This document shows, piece by piece, positions 37,163 through 45,956 of a stretch of 64,000 bases of DNA; position 1 is the first letter of the stretch; every line of letters starts with the position of its first letter. The stretch spans positions 560,763-624,762 of the forward strand of contig OZ253471.1 in NCBI GenBank assembly GCA_965261715.1. The letters run 5' to 3'. This stretch comes from Dehalococcoidia bacterium. GTDB lineage: Bacteria; Chloroflexota; Dehalococcoidia; Bin125. Made by a program: the position numbers and the translations under genes. Under the pieces are notes generated by a model that made no database searches, had not been told where the DNA came from, and was given only the letters and a program-made list of their open reading frames with translations.

Positions 37163-37975
37163 TTGCTTCGAGTGTCAGTGTTTATCGACTATCAAAATGT
37201 GTATCAGCAGGCGAGAAGTACATTTCACGGCAATCGCTTAGAGAACAGCAAGGGTTCTCTTGGTCAAATCTCACCGACACGTTTGGGCAATTTGCTGTGC
37301 ACGCGGCATACTCCATTTCGTCCCTCTACTGACGTCATATTGAACGACGTGCGTGTGTACAGAGGCATGCCAAGTCCCAATAATCGAAGGACGTTCGAAG
37401 CTTGGGAGCGTCAGAGAAACAGCTGGAATCGAGACGGAGTAAGTTTGGTCACGCGACCAGTTGGCGGTTCAAGGACCGAACCGAGGGAGAAAGGAATAGA
37501 TGTGGAATTAGCTTTGGACTTCTTTGCAGGAGCCATCGACAAGTTATTCGACATAGGAATCTTGTTCTCTATGGATCGCGACCTAGCCCCTGCCGTCGAG
37601 AAGGCAAGCGCGCGGAATCCAAACTTAACGATTGAAACGGTTACGTGGTCGAATAGCTCTCCCGGGCGTGCATTCTCACTGGTAGATCAGGAATTACGGC
37701 GACAGCGGCGCATCTGGAACCATGTACTCGAGTTCGGTGACTATGACTCCGTGAGAGACACGACGAACTACACACTAACGAAGGGAAGCCGCAACCGCTG
37801 GCCCCGATCGTTCCCATCTGTAACGGCCCACGCGAGCGACGGCGTGAGCCGAGCAGACTTCATTCCAGCTAGGAGCCAAGAACTGGATCGCCCGGACGAC
37901 GGAAGGCGAAGCCTCCTGAGCTTCCGTCGAAGGCTCCTTCGACCACTGACGCTGTCGGAACAACTGATTGATTGA
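37163..37975 (+). CDS. NYN-domain (LabA-like, PIN-fold) protein
   Basis: 'MLRVSVFIDYQNVY...', 'EKGIDVELALDFF' and 'ILFSMDRDLAPAV' are the conserved acidic motifs of the NYN/LabA fold. 270 aa with a low-complexity C-terminal tail that overlaps the convergent hydrolase gene. Confidence 0.7.
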   Translation: MLRVSVFIDYQNVYQQARSTFHGNRLENSKGSLGQISPTRLGNLLCTRHTPFRPSTDVILNDVRVYRGMPSPNNRRTFEAWERQRNSWNRDGVSLVTRPVGGSRTEPREKGIDVELALDFFAGAIDKLFDIGILFSMDRDLAPAVEKASARNPNLTIETVTWSNSSPGRAFSLVDQELRRQRRIWNHVLEFGDYDSVRDTTNYTLTKGSRNRWPRSFPSVTAHASDGVSRADFIPARSQELDRPDDGRRSLLSFRRRLLRPLTLSEQLID

Positions 37976-39761
37976 CTACCGGTAGCAGCAGACGCGCGGC
38001 GCCTTCCCCTCCGACCATGACCGTGAGCGTGGCCTCGTCTCCCTGCGTCGGCACGACGAGGTTCTCGGCGTCGGCGCCGCTGATTGTGAGGCGCAGTCGT
38101 TCACCGACTCTCACGATGGCTGAGACCGGGTATAACTCCAGGCCGAGTCGCATCGGGTCGCCGGGTATGACCGGTGCGAGGTCGGCTTTGCTCCAGCTAT
38201 GCCAGAACGGGCCTTCGTGACCTCCGGGATCGTCGCCCACGCGGCGGTATTCGAAGTTGAGGAAGCCTTCCGAGAGATAGGCCGCGCCGCCGTCGGATGA
38301 GATCTGTTCGAGGGTGACCACAATCGCGCCGCGATCGGAATCCGTGGCGAGCTCCAGCTCCAGCGCTGGCCAGCCGGTGATTTCGATGTCCTCCGCCAGC
38401 GGCTCGGTGGTGAAGGAGAGACAGTGCTCCGCCCTGGCGTTGAGGTCGGTGGTGTTGATGTACATGTCATCGACGTAGTAGCTGTGGCGGGTCATCGGGC
38501 CCAGGCTGACGTCGTGATCGACCTCATACTCGATCAGGTCGGCGTCGGCCGGGTATGACTCCGACAGCCGTCCGTCAGATTTCAGCCAGTGGCTGCGATA
38601 GCGGGCTTCGGGCAGGGGCAGTCGAGGCGCCGCTTTCCACAGCGTCTCACCGGACGGTTCGCTGGCGGCGTAGTGGACCGGCGGTTCCTCCATGATCCCG
38701 TTGTCGATGTCCTTGAGCCAGAAGTCGAACCAGCGACGCAGCTCAGGGTCGCCACCCTGGCCGTGATTCCAGGGACCGACGATCAACTTCTTGGGCACGT
38801 CGAGCCGGTTGAACGCGTCGATCAGATAGCCCGGGAACGTGAGGTCCCACCAGCCGGTGACGATGTAGGTGGGCACGCCGCTGTCGTTGATCAGATCGCA
38901 GGAGTCGAACCAGCCGCTGGCGACCTCGCCCAGGCCAAGATCGGGACGGGGCCGACGGCGGGTCAGGCCATCGAACGACGACATTCGCGTGACATCGCGC
39001 GGGTCCATCTCTGAGAAGGTCTCAACCCAGCGGTAGCGATCGGGTGATCGCTCAGACTCGGCTTCTTCTCGCAGACGTTCGCCATCGGGCCCGTCAACCG
39101 GCGCCGCTGGTTCGTTCTCGGAAATGCCCTTGTGCAGCCGTTCCCAGACTCGGGCGAAGCTGCTGATCGCCAGGCCGCCGTCGACATAACAATGCGGCAA
39201 GCCGGGATACTGCGGGGCGATGCATTTGAGTCCCTTGGGCCGATTCGCAGCGGTGAAGAACTGCATCATGCCCTCGTAGGAGATACCAACCATCCCGACC
39301 CGGCCCGACGACCAGGTTTGCTCGCAGATCCAGTCGATCACCGCCGCCATGTCCTGCCCGGCTAACCAGGAGTCGCCGTATTCGGCGCCGAAGGACGCGC
39401 CGGTGCCGCGAATGTCGACCGAAACGAAGCGGTACCCGTGATGGATCAGATCGCGGGCGATGGGCCGCTCCTCGTATTGCGTGATCAGCTCTCCCGGCTC
39501 CCTGCCGCGCAATTCCTCGGCATAGCGGGCCACTGCCTTGCCGCCTTCGGCAACCTCGAAGGCGCGGCGGTAGGGCGTCGCGTGCAAGACCGTTGCTGTC
39601 TGCCCATCCAGCACTTGTCCGTTGATGGTCGGGTGCAGCACGTCAATCGCAATGCGACAGCCGTCCTTCATGGTGAGATAGAGGGACTCTCGTTCGTAGC
39701 CGTCCGCAACCTGCTCCGTGAATCTGTCATACACGCCGAGCATTGAACGCTTTGTAGTCAT
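37869..39761 (-). CDS. CocE/NonD-family (S15 X-Pro dipeptidyl-peptidase-like) alpha/beta hydrolase
   Basis: 630 aa. N-terminal alpha/beta hydrolase with nucleophile elbow 'MVGISYEG'. C-terminal beta-sandwich as in CocE/NonD. Confidence 0.8.
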   Translation of the reverse strand: MTTKRSMLGVYDRFTEQVADGYERESLYLTMKDGCRIAIDVLHPTINGQVLDGQTATVLHATPYRRAFEVAEGGKAVARYAEELRGREPGELITQYEERPIARDLIHHGYRFVSVDIRGTGASFGAEYGDSWLAGQDMAAVIDWICEQTWSSGRVGMVGISYEGMMQFFTAANRPKGLKCIAPQYPGLPHCYVDGGLAISSFARVWERLHKGISENEPAAPVDGPDGERLREEAESERSPDRYRWVETFSEMDPRDVTRMSSFDGLTRRRPRPDLGLGEVASGWFDSCDLINDSGVPTYIVTGWWDLTFPGYLIDAFNRLDVPKKLIVGPWNHGQGGDPELRRWFDFWLKDIDNGIMEEPPVHYAASEPSGETLWKAAPRLPLPEARYRSHWLKSDGRLSESYPADADLIEYEVDHDVSLGPMTRHSYYVDDMYINTTDLNARAEHCLSFTTEPLAEDIEITGWPALELELATDSDRGAIVVTLEQISSDGGAAYLSEGFLNFEYRRVGDDPGGHEGPFWHSWSKADLAPVIPGDPMRLGLELYPVSAIVRVGERLRLTISGADAENLVVPTQGDEATLTVMVGGEGAARLLLPVVNQSVVPTASVVEGAFDGSSGGFAFRRPGDPVLGS

Positions 39762-39856
39762 CAGGCCCCTCGTATTCTTCGCTGTGGAGGTTCGAACGGA
39801 TTGGTAATCTCAAGCTGCAAGGTACTCCGGCGCCGCAGTGTTCACGGGAGGGCGTC

Positions 39857-41134
39857 ATGACAACTTCAATGCCGGCAGCGCCTCAATCGCTGGATGAAGT
39901 AGACATCACGTCAACCGACGCCTTCGTGCAGAATGGCTATCCCTATCCGCACTGGGCCTACCTGCGAGAACATGCGCCCGTCTACTGGTACGAGCGGCCG
40001 GGCATCGCGCCGTTCTGGGCAATCACCAAGTACCACGACATCCAGCGCATCTCGCGTGACCCCAAAACGTTCTCCAACGACACAGACATCACGATTCGCG
40101 CTGATCCTGAGGAAATCGACCAAACCGGTTCCACGCAGACGCATCACCTGCTTCAGATGGACCCGCCCGAACACGCCGAGTACCGCTCGTTGGTCAATCG
40201 CCGGTTCACGCCGCGCGGTTTGAGCATCCTCGAAGACCGTATCGACGAAATTTCGTCCGGCATTGTTGATCGAGTCGCCGCTGAGCTGATTGACGAGATC
40301 TCGCATCGCGGACAAGCGGAGTTCGTAGCCGACGTGTCCGCCCGACTGCCGTTGACGGCGATCTGCGAGCTGTTGGGCGTTCCTCGCGAACGCTGGGACG
40401 ACATCCATGTCTGGACCGACGAAACGATCGGAGCTTCGGACCCGGAGTTCCAGAAGGGTCGCACGCGGCGAGAGACCGCGCGAGGCGGCGCGCAAGCTCT
40501 GTTCGGTTACTTCATGCAACTCGCAGAACAGAAGCGCCGGCAACCCGCCGACGACCTGATGACTACCCTCGTCCAGGCCGAACTCAACGGCGAACCGCTC
40601 AATGCCGTTGACCTGCTCTCCTACGCCTTCATTCTCATCCTCGGCGGCAACGAGACTACGCGAAACGCCACCAGTGGCGGCCTGCTGGCTCTGATCGAGA
40701 ATCCTGAACAGATGCAGAGGCTGCGGGCTGATCGATCCCTAATCGACAGCGCTGTCGAAGAGATCCTCCGCTGGACCTCACCGATCATCCACTTCGGACG
40801 CCTGGTCACCGAGGACGTCGAGATCGGTGGGCAGCACATCGCCGCCGGCGAAAAGGTAGTGATGTGGTATCCGTCGGGCAATCGGGACGAAGAGGTCTTC
40901 GACGATCCTGACCAATTCAATGTCGGCCGAGATCCGAACGAACACATTGCATTTGGCGGGTTCGGCGAACATTTCTGTCTGGGCGCTAACCTGGCCCGGC
41001 TGGAGCTGCGCTCGATCTTCACTCACATCCTCGACCGGCTCGACGAGATTGAACTCAGCGGTGATGTGGAACGCCTGCGGTCGGGTTTCGTCGGCGGGAT
41101 CAAGCATCTGCCGATCAGCTTCACCGCTGCCTGA
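39857..41134 (+). CDS. Cytochrome P450
   Basis: 425 aa. Heme-thiolate loop 'FGGFGEHFCLGANLARLE', ExxR 'EEILRW', I-helix 'ILGGNETT'. Confidence 0.9.
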   Translation: MTTSMPAAPQSLDEVDITSTDAFVQNGYPYPHWAYLREHAPVYWYERPGIAPFWAITKYHDIQRISRDPKTFSNDTDITIRADPEEIDQTGSTQTHHLLQMDPPEHAEYRSLVNRRFTPRGLSILEDRIDEISSGIVDRVAAELIDEISHRGQAEFVADVSARLPLTAICELLGVPRERWDDIHVWTDETIGASDPEFQKGRTRRETARGGAQALFGYFMQLAEQKRRQPADDLMTTLVQAELNGEPLNAVDLLSYAFILILGGNETTRNATSGGLLALIENPEQMQRLRADRSLIDSAVEEILRWTSPIIHFGRLVTEDVEIGGQHIAAGEKVVMWYPSGNRDEEVFDDPDQFNVGRDPNEHIAFGGFGEHFCLGANLARLELRSIFTHILDRLDEIELSGDVERLRSGFVGGIKHLPISFTAA

Positions 41135-41216
41135 TCCGTCCGGTCGTCGTTGATGCCGTCGATTTCGATACGCTGAACTCAAGCAGGCACAGAGTTCCCA
41201 GTGAAGGGATCACGCC

Positions 41217-42488
41217 ATGACGACGATGACGAGCGCGCTCGATCAGATCGATCTGGTCACGCCCGAGCTCTATGGACAGCGCGGCTATCCGTGGGAGGAC
41301 TGGGCGCTGTTGCGTCGCGAAGCGCCGATCTATTGGTACGACCGGCCCGACGTGACGCCATTCTGGGCAATCACCAAGTACGACGACATTCAGCACATCT
41401 CTCGCGATCCCGAGACCTTCATCAGCAGCAAGCGTCTGGTCATCCGCTCGGCGGGTTCGGGCGACGGCGGCGCTAATGATCCGTCGCTGACCGTCCCCAA
41501 CCTGATCAACATGGACCCACCCGAGCACGGCAAGTACCGCTCGGCGACCAATCGTCGGTTTTCGCCTCGCGGAATGCGATTGTTGGAGGACCGAATCGAT
41601 CAGATCGGCGAACAGGTAGTTGACGAGGCGGCCGCTCACCTGGTCAATCAACTGACTGACCGTCGCTCGGCCGACTTTGTCCGAGATGTCGCGGCCAAAA
41701 TGCCGATGGCGGCCATCTGCGAGCTACTCGCAGTCGAGCGCGATTCGTGGGAGGACATCTTCCGTTACACGAACGAGTTCCTGGGTTCGGAGGATCCTGA
41801 GTATCAGCAAGGTCGTACGCGTCGCGAGACGTGGCAAGCCGGGATGCGTGGCTTGCAGGTTTACTTCACGGAGCACATCGCTAGAAAGCGTCGCGAGCCG
41901 GATGACAGCGTGATGACCACGCTGGTGCAGGCGGAGATCGACGGCGAGCCGATTCCGGATCACGAGATCCTCTCGTACGCCGTCTTGCTGATCCTCGCCG
42001 GCAACGAAACGACGCGAAACGCGACCTCGGGCGGGCTGCAGGCGTTGATCGAGCATCCCGAGCAATATGAGCGACTTCGCGACCAGCCGGAGTTGCTCGA
42101 CAGCGCGGTCGAGGAAATGCTGCGCTGGACGTCGCCGGTCGTCCACTTCGCCCGGACCGTGACCAAGGACACCGAAGTGAGCGGCGTCCCGATGAAAGCC
42201 GGCGAGACGCTGGCCATGTGGTATCCGTCGGCCAACCGCGACGAGGACGTGTTCGAGAATCCGGACGACTTCGACATCGCACGGACGCCGAATGAGCACG
42301 TGGCCTTCGGTGGCTTCGGAGAGCACTTCTGCCTCGGGGCAAACCTGGCACGTCTGGAGATGCGTTCAGTCTTTCGCCACCTGATTCGACGAATGGACGA
42401 CTTCGAGATCGATGGAGAGGTCGAGCGGTTGTCGTCGGGGTTGATCGGTGGGATTAAGCGTCTGCCCGTGTCGTACTCGGTGCGCTAG
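41217..42488 (+). CDS. Cytochrome P450 (tandem paralog)
   Basis: 423 aa that can be aligned throughout with 39857..41134 (same FGGFGEHFCLGANLARLE loop, 'EEMLRW', 'ILAGNETT'). Confidence 0.9.
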   Translation: MTTMTSALDQIDLVTPELYGQRGYPWEDWALLRREAPIYWYDRPDVTPFWAITKYDDIQHISRDPETFISSKRLVIRSAGSGDGGANDPSLTVPNLINMDPPEHGKYRSATNRRFSPRGMRLLEDRIDQIGEQVVDEAAAHLVNQLTDRRSADFVRDVAAKMPMAAICELLAVERDSWEDIFRYTNEFLGSEDPEYQQGRTRRETWQAGMRGLQVYFTEHIARKRREPDDSVMTTLVQAEIDGEPIPDHEILSYAVLLILAGNETTRNATSGGLQALIEHPEQYERLRDQPELLDSAVEEMLRWTSPVVHFARTVTKDTEVSGVPMKAGETLAMWYPSANRDEDVFENPDDFDIARTPNEHVAFGGFGEHFCLGANLARLEMRSVFRHLIRRMDDFEIDGEVERLSSGLIGGIKRLPVSYSVR

Positions 42489-42496
42489 GAATCCTC

Positions 42497-42596
42497 TGAA
42501 TAACTGCCATCGGTAGCCGCTCGGGGACCCCCCCTTCAGCCTTCGGCAGCTTCCCCCGCAAGGGGGGAAGCGGGAATCAGAGTTATTCAGAGCATT
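42497..42596. repeat. Small palindromic GC-rich element (about 100 bp) with terminal inverted repeats
   Basis: Flanks 'tctgaataact...agttattcaga' are inverted repeats. Core 'cttcccccgcaaggggggaag' is a perfect GCAA-loop hairpin. Related to the 13700 and 45530 repeat family. Confidence 0.5.
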
Positions 42597-42813
42597 CCTA
42601 GTGGTTCAGTTCCGTCCTTTGCTAGAGAGCGCCGTGCGGGGTTTGGCTTCACGCACGACCACGGTTCCTGTTTGACAGCCTGAGAAGCCATACGTACGAT
42701 CGTGTTGCGCGCTGCGGGTGCGATGGTCGTGACTGTCGTCAGCCTGCGCAATTGAGTACCCCGTCATCCGGCGTAGCGCACAGGAGGACGGGGATTTTCT
42801 TTATGCGGAGGCG

Positions 42814-43368
42814 ACATGATTCAGCGCGTGTCGCTGTTCGTCGACCTACAGACTTTCTATCACGGTGCGCGTCGGGCGTTCCATCGAGACATTGTGTGCC
42901 AAATCGACTCCAGCCCCTCTTGCCGATGAGCGGTTGCTGAGTGAGGTACGCGTGTATCGCGGAACGCCTCGATTGGGTGCTCCTGGATACGACGCGGTTC
43001 AACGCCAGCATGCGAGTTGGACGAACGACGGAGTGACTGTCGTCACTCGTCCACTTCGCCATAGAAACTATCGGTGGGTCGAAAAAGGAATCGATGTTGA
43101 GCTTGCACTCGACATCGTCCTTGGTGGAGTTGAAGGCCGATTCGATGTTGGAATTATATGTTCGGCCGACACCGACATGCTTCCGGCAATAGAGAAGATT
43201 CAGCGGCGAACCGACCTGATTTCGGCCCGCGTCGAAGCAGCCAATTGGTGGAATCCGCCTGAGCTTCAATTCCAGCTTGGCAGCGAAGCAGGAATCTGGA
43301 CGCATCGGCTTGACTCGCAGGACTACGAAAAGGTGCGAGATCCTCGCAACTACACTCGCCGGCGATAG
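42814..43368 (+). pseudogene. NYN-domain paralog disrupted by a frameshift
   Basis: ATG 42814 encodes 'MIQRVSLFVDLQTFYHGARRAFH...' (aligns to the N-terminus of 37163..37975) and stops at about 42919. The remainder ('VRVYRGTP...EKGIDVELALDIV...IICSADTDMLPAIEK') continues in the +1 frame to 43368. Confidence 0.6.
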
Positions 43369-43402
43369 TGCCCAAATGTCTTAGGAACGATTGGGCATGC
43401 AG

Positions 43403-44170
43403 CTACAATGTTGCGCCGCCGTCGACGGTGATTGTTTGGCCTGTGACGAAGACGTTTCGCTCGATGAGCGCGACGATGGCGTCGGCGCAGGTTTCGGGTG
43501 TCGCGACGCCTCTGAGTGGCGCGGTCTCTCCGAGTCTTTTGCGGCCGGCTTCGTAGGTGTCTTCTCCCAGACCTCCTCGTAGCCAGCGACCTTCGATGAA
43601 ACCGGGCGCGATGGTGTTGATTCGGATTTCGGGGCCCAGGACTCGGGCCAGGGATTTCGTGATCACGTTGACGCCGGCCTTGCTCGCCGCGTAGGGGATG
43701 CTGGAGCCTCCGCCTCCCGCGCCGGCGACACTGCTGACGTTGACGACTGCTCCTTCTCCGGCAGCTCGCATATGCGGTGTTGCTGCTCGGGTGCAGTTGA
43801 AGACGCCTCGCAGATTGGCCCCGATGATGTCGTCCCAGACTTCGTCGGTGACGGCTTCGAGATCGTTGTGGGCGATGAAATGGGTCATGCCGGCGTTGTT
43901 GACCAGGATTTCGAGGTGCCCGAACTCGTCAACCGCGGACTGGATTAGCCGGCGACAGTCTGCGTCGGAGCGGACATCTGCCTGGACGGCGATCGCAGCG
44001 CCGCCGTTGGCCTGGATCTCATCGACGACAGCTTGCGCCGCGTCGGCGCCGTGCATGTAGTTGACGACGACCGACGCTCCCAGCGAGGCGAGCAGTTTGG
44101 CGGTTGCGGCTCCCACGCCCGATGATGATCCGGTGACGACTCCGACTTTGCGATTGATGTCCATGACCAA
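43403..44170 (-). CDS. SDR-family oxidoreductase (FabG-like)
   Basis: 'VGVVTGSSSGVGAATA' Rossmann motif, 'NNAG' motif and 'YAASKAG' catalytic motif. Confidence 0.85.
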   Translation of the reverse strand: MVMDINRKVGVVTGSSSGVGAATAKLLASLGASVVVNYMHGADAAQAVVDEIQANGGAAIAVQADVRSDADCRRLIQSAVDEFGHLEILVNNAGMTHFIAHNDLEAVTDEVWDDIIGANLRGVFNCTRAATPHMRAAGEGAVVNVSSVAGAGGGGSSIPYAASKAGVNVITKSLARVLGPEIRINTIAPGFIEGRWLRGGLGEDTYEAGRKRLGETAPLRGVATPETCADAIVALIERNVFVTGQTITVDGGATL

Positions 44171-44220
44171 CCCTTCAATTGCACATGCAAGAGGCCGCTC
44201 CCGAAGAAGCGGCCTCTCGT

Positions 44221-44280
44221 GATTTGCGGGCCCCCTCCGTCACTTCGTGACACCTCCCCCAGAGGGGGAGGTTTGAGATG
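44221..44280. repeat. Palindromic GC-rich element (single unit)
   Basis: 'gtcacttcgtgac' and 'cctcccccagagggggagg' perfect hairpins. Same architecture as the 13700 and 45530 repeats. Confidence 0.5.
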
Positions 44281-44282
44281 GT

Positions 44283-45482
44283 CTAGTCGCCGCCGCCGGC
44301 TGCTGCGGCTGCTGCGAGACCCTGGGGCATGACTTCGGGGATGTCGATGTTGTAGAGCTTGGCCGAGTTCCCCCAGAGAATCTTGCGGCGAACCTCTTCC
44401 GACTGCCCTTCGAGGCCGTCTTCGATCGTCTCCTGCACGTTGCCGTAGAGGCAGGTCGGGTGCGGGAAGTCGGTCTCGAAGAGGATGTTGTCTTCGCCGA
44501 TGTCTTCGATCAGCTTGCGCGGGGCAATCTTCTCGAACCAGTAGCAGGCGGAGACCTGTCGGCGGAAGTAGTCCGACGGCATCATTTCGAACTCGGGGCG
44601 GGCCTTGCGCACGTCGGCGGCGAGGAAGTGGTAGTCGCAGCTTTCGAGGACGAACGGCACCCAGCCGATGCCGGACTCGACCGAGATGAACCTCAGCTCG
44701 GGGAATCGCGGCAGCACACCGGAGAGCAGCAGGTCGGTCAACTGCAGGCCGTTGGCCATGAAGAGGACGGTCGAGGTGCGGGCGTAGGTGACCTCCGGGC
44801 CGTCAACAGCGAGCCGGTCGGGCGTGAAGCCGTCGGTGAAGTCGCCGGAGCCGATGTGGAACGAGATTGGCAGGCCGGTGTCGGTCGCGATGTTCCACAG
44901 CGGATCCCAATGGTGGTCGCCGAGGAAGGGCTGGCCGTGCGACTGCGGGTCGCCGGTGAAGAGGATGCCGCGCATGCCCTTCTGGGCGACGCGCTCAATC
45001 TCCTTGACCGACTCCTCAATGTCCCAGAAGGGGATCGAGGCGTTGGCGACGAAGCGCTCTGGCGCGACGGAGATCCAGTCGATCTGGAAGTCATTCCAGG
45101 CGCGGACGCACTCAAACATCAGCTCGGGGTCCTTGAGCGAGAGGAATCGCTGCGAGGCAAAGCCGGCAACGTTCGGGTAGAGGACCTGCGCATAGACGCC
45201 GGTCTCGTCCATCAGCTTGATTCGCTCGTGGATGTCGAACGAGGCGGGGTGAGCTTCTTCGTAGGTCGGCGGCGAGCTGGGGAACTTGCCTTTCCAACCC
45301 GCGAAGACGCCGGAGGGCGCGGCCGCCACCTTCTCATCAGCGACGAACCAGGAGTTGATCCCCTTGTCGTCCTGCTTGACGTGCAACACCCGGTCGCCCC
45401 ACTTGGAGGAGACTCGGGACGTCCAAAGGTCGGCAGGTTCGGTGATATGGGTGTCGGCGTCGATAAATGTCTGGAACGCCAT
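44283..45482 (-). CDS. Amidohydrolase-2 family metal-dependent hydrolase/decarboxylase
   Basis: 399 aa. 'FIDADTHITEP' N-terminal metal-binding HxH-type motif and the TIM-barrel amidohydrolase pattern (ACMSD-like). Confidence 0.75.
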   Translation of the reverse strand: MAFQTFIDADTHITEPADLWTSRVSSKWGDRVLHVKQDDKGINSWFVADEKVAAAPSGVFAGWKGKFPSSPPTYEEAHPASFDIHERIKLMDETGVYAQVLYPNVAGFASQRFLSLKDPELMFECVRAWNDFQIDWISVAPERFVANASIPFWDIEESVKEIERVAQKGMRGILFTGDPQSHGQPFLGDHHWDPLWNIATDTGLPISFHIGSGDFTDGFTPDRLAVDGPEVTYARTSTVLFMANGLQLTDLLLSGVLPRFPELRFISVESGIGWVPFVLESCDYHFLAADVRKARPEFEMMPSDYFRRQVSACYWFEKIAPRKLIEDIGEDNILFETDFPHPTCLYGNVQETIEDGLEGQSEEVRRKILWGNSAKLYNIDIPEVMPQGLAAAAAAGGGD

Positions 45483-45529
45483 GCGAACTCCTTCGGATCA
45501 AGGCGCGAATCTGGATTGTGAACAGTGTA

Positions 45530-45956
45530 ACGACAGAGACAGTTCCTCGCTCCCCCTGCATGGAGACCTTTGCGTAACTCCTCTTCTCCGCTCTCGCGGA
45601 GACTTGCGCGTAAATCCCCTTCTCCCCCCTTGCGAAGACCTTTGAAAACTCCCCTTTGCCCCCCTTGCGGGGGAGATGCCGTAGGCAGAGGGGGGGCTCC
45701 CCATCCCCTGGCCTATCTAGTCGCTGTGCGCGGACCCCCCCTCTGTCACTCCGTGACATCTCCCCCCGCAAGGGGGGGAGAGGGGATTCGGGAGTTTTGC
45801 AAAGGTCTCCTTGCAGGGGAGATGCCGTAGGCAGAGGGGGGGCTCCCCATCCCCTGGCCTATCTAGTCGCTGTGCGCGGACCCCCCCTCTGTCACTCCGT
45901 GACATCTCCCCCCGCAAGGGGGGGAGAGGGGATTCGGGAGTCTTGCAAGGGTCTCC
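45530..45956. repeat. GC-rich palindromic tandem repeat (about 157-bp unit, about 2.5 copies)
   Basis: 'gagatgccgtaggcagagggggggctccccatcccctggcctatctagtcgctgtgcgcggaccccccctctgtcactccgtgacatctccccccgcaagggggggagaggggattcgggag' is repeated with a 157-bp period (45662 vs 45819). Same family as 13700..14040. Confidence 0.8.
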
